Origin: a virus
Lineage: Duplodnaviria; Caudoviricetes
DNA length: 36,930 nucleotides
Strand: one strand, 5' to 3'
Virus record (IMG/VR): IMGVR_UViG_3300037461_000142
Coordinates: 1 to 36,930 of that record
The position numbers were made by a program, and so were the translations under genes. Positions 32,967 through 36,930 of the stretch are shown piece by piece; within the stretch, counting starts at the first letter, position 1; each line of letters starts with the position of its first letter. The notes below the pieces were generated by a model. That model saw nothing but the letters and a program-made list of their open reading frames with translations, did not search any database and was not told the origin of the DNA.

Positions 32967-33298
32967 CAGTTTTTTGCGCGTGCATCCGTCAGCCGCCGGT
33001 AGTACGCCTGCACCAGTTCCTTGCCGGCGCTGGGGAAGTTGGCCAGCAGGACCGACAGGGCATCGCGGCTGTACTCCACTGGTTTGCCGTCCTCGTCGAC
33101 CACGCGGCCCCAGCTGACGATGACCTGGTCGAGGTATTCGTCATCACCGCCCGCCGCGCCGGCCGAGTCGAGCCAGTCCGCGAGCTCGCGCGTGCCCTTG
33201 TGCCGCCACGTCACCTGCACGGTGATTGGCGCGTCGGCGTCGGGCCGGCTGAGCTGGACCGAGGACTCGAACGTGGGGTTGGCTACGATCTTGAACAT
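32966..33298 (-). CDS. Tail assembly chaperone
   Basis: MFKIVANPTF...ARAKN, between the tail tube and TMP genes. Confidence 0.85.
   Translation of the reverse strand: MFKIVANPTFESSVQLSRPDADAPITVQVTWRHKGTRELADWLDSAGAAGGDDEYLDQVIVSWGRVVDEDGKPVEYSRDALSVLLANFPSAGKELVQAYYRRLTDARAKN
32969..32975 (-). other. -1 programmed frameshift heptamer A-AAA-AAC
   Basis: GCA AAA AAC TGA; the -1 frame continues into the DUF1799-like ORF, as in lambda G/GT. Confidence 0.85.
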
Positions 33299-33321
33299 GG
33301 ACATCACCAGCGCAATGCAGA

Positions 33322-34284
33322 TCACTGCGTCACGATGCGAATTTCGTCGTTGCCGCCGTAGGGCAGCGCCCGGATTTGATACGTCAACATGCGACGCCCG
33401 TTGACTTCGGTTTTTGTTGGGTTGAGGATTTGCGCGGTAACTAGACGCACGATGATCTTGTTGCCTGCGACTGTTCCGATGGTCATGTTATAGCTTTGCA
33501 GCGTGTTTGCCTTGACCACCGCCATGAACGAGACCTCGTTAGCGGCGGTGAGATCGAGCTGCACGGAACCAGTAGTTGTTCGATCTGTAATATCGATGTT
33601 CTCGTAGTTGAGGGTTGGGACGAACTGAACAGAGTTGCCGAGATCGATGTCAAACCCAGTGCTCGCGTACACCGTCCCGCCACTCAGCGCGCCAGCGCTG
33701 TACGTTGCTCCCACAGTCAGGTCCACCACGTTGGCGTCGGTCATCGCCACCGGTGTTTTCCAGGCCGCATAGCTGACGCCGGATGGCGTTGCCGCCGCAA
33801 TTCCACCGTCGACGCCGACAAAGTCGAAAAGTAGCTTAGGTCGATCACCGACGCGCGCCTCGATGCGCACGTTCCCCATTGCCCCCAGCAGCTTGTGCCG
33901 CACCCCGTCGTCGAACCAGTAGATTGTGACGCTTTTCAGCGAAGTACTGATTGGCGTGTATTCGACGCGATCCGGTAAGGTATAGATGTTCTCGGCCATA
34001 CCGCACGCAAGCAGCAGGTCTCCCCACTGTGGCGGCGTCGCGGCAGTGCCGCTGCCTGCCAGCTCGACGGTGAAGCTGCAGCGCACCGTAGCCGGACCGA
34101 CAAGCTGCTCACTGGCGCCGAAGTACTCGCGCACGAGCGAGCGGTCGACGTTCTGCGCTGCGAGCGGGTTGATCGTCAGGTCGCTGACGAGCACGGCATC
34201 GGCCGCACCGGTCGGCGAGGCGTCGGTGCCAACGGGCGATTCGACCTTGGCCAGGATGACGGTGTTGCGGATGTAGCGCGGCAT
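33322..34284 (-). CDS. Major tail tube protein
   Basis: ILAKVE...GTDA.P, VELAGSGTA..PPQWG.LL.ACG; position in the tail module. Confidence 0.88.
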   Translation of the reverse strand: MPRYIRNTVILAKVESPVGTDASPTGAADAVLVSDLTINPLAAQNVDRSLVREYFGASEQLVGPATVRCSFTVELAGSGTAATPPQWGDLLLACGMAENIYTLPDRVEYTPISTSLKSVTIYWFDDGVRHKLLGAMGNVRIEARVGDRPKLLFDFVGVDGGIAAATPSGVSYAAWKTPVAMTDANVVDLTVGATYSAGALSGGTVYASTGFDIDLGNSVQFVPTLNYENIDITDRTTTGSVQLDLTAANEVSFMAVVKANTLQSYNMTIGTVAGNKIIVRLVTAQILNPTKTEVNGRRMLTYQIRALPYGGNDEIRIVTQ

Positions 34285-34311
34285 GGTGTGTTCCGGTCGG
34301 TGTCTGTGGGT

Positions 34312-34755
34312 TCAGTCGGCGGCGTCGAGGTCTGCCGATGCGGTGCGGTGCTGCAGCCGCAGCCGCAGCTCGACCTGGCCGATGGTCTGGTCGGCCTCGT
34401 CCACGTCGTAGACGATGGCGGTCTGGATCAGCCAGCCGTCGGCGTTTCCGGGCGCTGGCGTAGCTGCCAAGCGGGCGTAGACGGCTGCCAGCAGCGAATC
34501 GACGGCGGTCTCTCCGTTGCCACCGGCGGGGGCTCGCGCCATCAGGTGCAGGATCAGAGAGCTCTCCCAGTCCACTCGGCCGTCGCCGGCGAATGGCGCG
34601 ATGCCGGAGTGCGCGCCCAGGCGGACGAACACCCCCTCGGGCCGCTCGGCCGGCAGCGGCACCGCGCGCCCTGCCCGAACGAAGCCGCTGGCCACGGCGG
34701 GCGCGACCAGCAGGGCGGCCACTGCGGCGTCGCGCAGAGCGAGGAATGCGCTCAC
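34312..34755 (-). CDS. Tail terminator protein
   Basis: Position upstream of the tail tube gene; DSLLAAVYARL. Confidence 0.72.
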   Translation of the reverse strand: MSAFLALRDAAVAALLVAPAVASGFVRAGRAVPLPAERPEGVFVRLGAHSGIAPFAGDGRVDWESSLILHLMARAPAGGNGETAVDSLLAAVYARLAATPAPGNADGWLIQTAIVYDVDEADQTIGQVELRLRLQHRTASADLDAAD

Positions 34756-34770
34756 GCTGGCCTCCGACAG

Positions 34771-35091
34771 TCAGGCACGGGTGAGCAGCAGCAGGCTCAC
34801 GCCCGTGCCGTCGGGCTGGTGCTCGCGCACGGAGAACGTGCCAGCAGGCACCACCAGCGCCTTGCCGTGTGGCGAACCAGGTACGTGCACGGTGGGCAGC
34901 ATGAACTGCGGCTCGGTAGCCGCCACCGCGCCATTGCCACCAAAGGCGAGCTCGGCCGGCGCGTCGTAGATACCGCGCACGGCCTGGCCATCCAGCGTGC
35001 CGTCGACGCCAAAGTCGCGCCAGAACACGCTCAGGTCCTCGGACCAGGTCGTGCCAGACGTGCCGGCAAGTGGCAGCAGGACGGTGGCCAT
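34771..35091 (-). CDS. Head-tail joining / head closure protein
   Basis: EDLSVF..DFG, VRGIYD, and C-terminal PDGTGVSLLLL. Confidence 0.8.
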   Translation of the reverse strand: MATVLLPLAGTSGTTWSEDLSVFWRDFGVDGTLDGQAVRGIYDAPAELAFGGNGAVAATEPQFMLPTVHVPGSPHGKALVVPAGTFSVREHQPDGTGVSLLLLTRA

Positions 35092-35106
35092 GGCGGGCCG
35101 GTGGCG

Positions 35107-35487
35107 TCAGACGATCTTCTTCTTCCCGCTGGCGACGACGGAGACCAGCGACGGGCCGGTCACGATCGTGCCGACGTAGCCGAGGAATCCGCCGACCACC
35201 TTCTTCGGGTCGACGGCGATGGTGCTGGTCGAGTTGGCGGTGTTGGTGCCGAACGTGTAGCCCGTGATGTCGGCCGCGTCGGTGCCGTTGGCGTCGCTGG
35301 CCGACTGGAGCTTGCCGGCGATCGTGCCGGTGACGGCGCCGAGCTGTTGCGTGACGAGGATCTCGCCGTCGTAGACGCGCACGTCGAGCCACTTGCCACT
35401 GCCGCTGGTGGCGTTGGCGGTGGCGGCGGCCGAGATTGCATTGAGCAGAGAGGTGGCGGTGGCGGCGCTGGCTTGGTTGAGCAGCAT
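35107..35487 (-). CDS. Putative capsid decoration protein
   Basis: Follows the capsid gene; GKLQSASDANG...DI.G..F motif. Confidence 0.6.
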   Translation of the reverse strand: MLLNQASAATATSLLNAISAAATANATSGSGKWLDVRVYDGEILVTQQLGAVTGTIAGKLQSASDANGTDAADITGYTFGTNTANSTSTIAVDPKKVVGGFLGYVGTIVTGPSLVSVVASGKKKIV

Positions 35488-35488
35488 G

Positions 35489-35686
35489 TCAGGACTCCTT
35501 CTTCGCCGGCCTGGCCGGCGGCTGGACGGTGGGGGTGGATTGCGGGTCGGCGTCGGCAGGCGCCGCAGCGACGGCGCCAATGCTCACGAGGTAGCGGGCG
35601 GTGCCGTCGTCGATGTCTGCAGCCTCGCCCGGCAGGAGGTGCTTGCCGGGCCCGATGCAGACGCCGCGCTGGGCGATGACCTTCAT
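35489..35686 (-). CDS. Small virion-associated protein
   Basis: PGE.ADID...ARYLVSIGA with a Pro/Lys tail; directly after the capsid gene. Confidence 0.65.
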   Translation of the reverse strand: MKVIAQRGVCIGPGKHLLPGEAADIDDGTARYLVSIGAVAAAPADADPQSTPTVQPPARPAKKES

Positions 35687-35699
35687 GGGCGGCCGAGGC

Positions 35700-36930
35700 T
35701 CAGGCGCTGAGGCTGGTCGAGACCACGAAGGCTTGCGGGTAGCGCAGCAGCACGTCGACCATCCACATCGCGCGGATGCCGACCTGCGCGGTGTTGAACC
35801 GGGTGCCGCCGCTGTCCATCGCGAGCTCGAGCACGCCCCATTCGCCGATCACGACCTCGTCGAACGAGCCGAAGATCAGGTTGCCGCTCGCGAGTTGCTC
35901 CGACGCCATGGCCCTGAAGCCGACGACGGTGCCGTCCATGAGGTTGCCCTCCCACAGCGGCGTGTCGGTGCTCGAGAAGCGCTGCTTCTGCATCAGGACC
36001 GCAGCGCCGGCGGCGTTGGTGACCCAGCCGGGGTTGCCGCGGATGGCGTTGCTGCTGGCCGCTGTGGACGGAAACGCCAGGATCTTGGCGTAGGTGGCGC
36101 TGGACGCATCCTGGCCGGTGGTGACGCCGGTCGTGTTCTTGATGCCAAGCGGCTGCGCGCCGCCGGTGCCGTTGATCACCGCGTTGTCGACGCCGTCGAT
36201 GGCGATGTTGGCTGCCAGGTCGGCCATGACGAACTGCTCGGCGCTGGGCGTCGACTGGCGCAGCAGCTGCTCGCTCACGTCGGTGATGCAGATCGCCGTC
36301 TTCGGCGTCATGCTGAGCTGGCCGAGCGTCTGGTCGGCTGCGGTGACGCTGACGCCTTCGCCGGCCTGCCAGGTGATCGACGGCTTGCCGGTCTGCCGCG
36401 GGATCTGCACGTTGCCGACCAGGCCGGACATGACCCTGGCGCCCATGGCCATCGAGACCGAGCGGTTGCGCAGGATGTCGATGAAGCCCATGTTCTCGAC
36501 GTTGACCAGGTAGCCGCCCTTGCTGCCCGGCGTGGTGGCCATCGCACGGATGGCTGGCTCGGCACCCACCGGGCGCTGCAGGATCTCGCCAGGCACCAGG
36601 ATGCTGCCTTCGCCTTGGCGGCCGAGCTTCTTCTGCAGCTCGCGCGTGCACTCGAGCTCGAACGCCGCATCGGCGATGAAGCGCTGATCGAGATGGCCGC
36701 GCGCCATGGCGCGGATGGCGCGGAACAGGCTGTAGCGCTGCGTCTCGCGCGCGCTCAGGCCGACGGACGAACTCGCGGTGCGGTTCTTCTCGCCGCGCTC
36801 CTGCATGATCTGCAGGATCTCGGCGCCCACCTTGTCCAGCGACGTGCCGTCCTGGATCCAGCCGGCGACGGCCCGCTCGTCGATCTGGTTGGCCTTGCCG
36901 AATGCCACGATGGCGTCGACACGCTGGCGC
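35700..36930 (-). CDS. 3' part of fused protease / major capsid protein (HK97 fold)
   Basis: YSLFRAIRA, GGYLV, FIDILRN, INGTG...P.GI, RYPQAF; in frame with 1-807 across the junction. Confidence 0.95.
   Translation of the reverse strand, partial: RQRVDAIVAFGKANQIDERAVAGWIQDGTSLDKVGAEILQIMQERGEKNRTASSSVGLSARETQRYSLFRAIRAMARGHLDQRFIADAAFELECTRELQKKLGRQGEGSILVPGEILQRPVGAEPAIRAMATTPGSKGGYLVNVENMGFIDILRNRSVSMAMGARVMSGLVGNVQIPRQTGKPSITWQAGEGVSVTAADQTLGQLSMTPKTAICITDVSEQLLRQSTPSAEQFVMADLAANIAIDGVDNAVINGTGGAQPLGIKNTTGVTTGQDASSATYAKILAFPSTAASSNAIRGNPGWVTNAAGAAVLMQKQRFSSTDTPLWEGNLMDGTVVGFRAMASEQLASGNLIFGSFDEVVIGEWGVLELAMDSGGTRFNTAQVGIRAMWMVDVLLRYPQAFVVSTSLSA
36804..36930. repeat. Terminal direct repeat (copy of 1-127)
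   Basis: Exact match to the window start. Confidence 0.97.

Larger units (their letters stand above)
1..36930. mobile_element. Complete circular temperate siphophage genome (36,803 bp)
   Basis: Terminase, portal, capsid, tail tube, tape measure, repressor/cro, primase, integrase remnant and attP are all present, with no host housekeeping genes. Confidence 0.96.

Noticed and set aside
32966-32975. Tail chaperone frameshift as a novelty
   Set aside because: It is real but is the well-known G/GT mechanism, so it is listed as a feature only.

Overview
This window is a complete, circularly assembled temperate siphophage genome of 36,803 bp. Positions 1-127 repeat 36804-36930, which is an assembly overlap. 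It is GC-rich and lambdoid; a betaproteobacterial host is my inference. The minus strand carries cro-like and cII-like genes, a TOPRIM/SF3 primase-helicase followed by an iteron origin, terS and terL, a Mor-family activator, holins, accessory genes, fibres, portal, a fused protease-capsid gene crossing the circular junction, and a full non-contractile tail module with a tailspike. The plus strand carries the repressor and an early operon ending at a decapitated integrase and an attP made of the 3' half of tRNA-Val(CAC). The main highlights are: (1) a self-contained cassette in the immunity region with anti-CRISPR operon architecture (strong promoter, Aca1-type palindrome, unknown 79-aa gene, Aca1-like HTH); (2) a stand-alone glycyl-radical domain of class III ribonucleotide reductase; (3) a full tRNA(CAT) with mixed initiator/elongator features inside a coding frame; (4) an apparent xis-int deletion beside an intact attP; (5) a cos-like site displaced upstream of the primase; (6) no recognisable endolysin. 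All family calls come from motif recognition by eye; no database searches were run.
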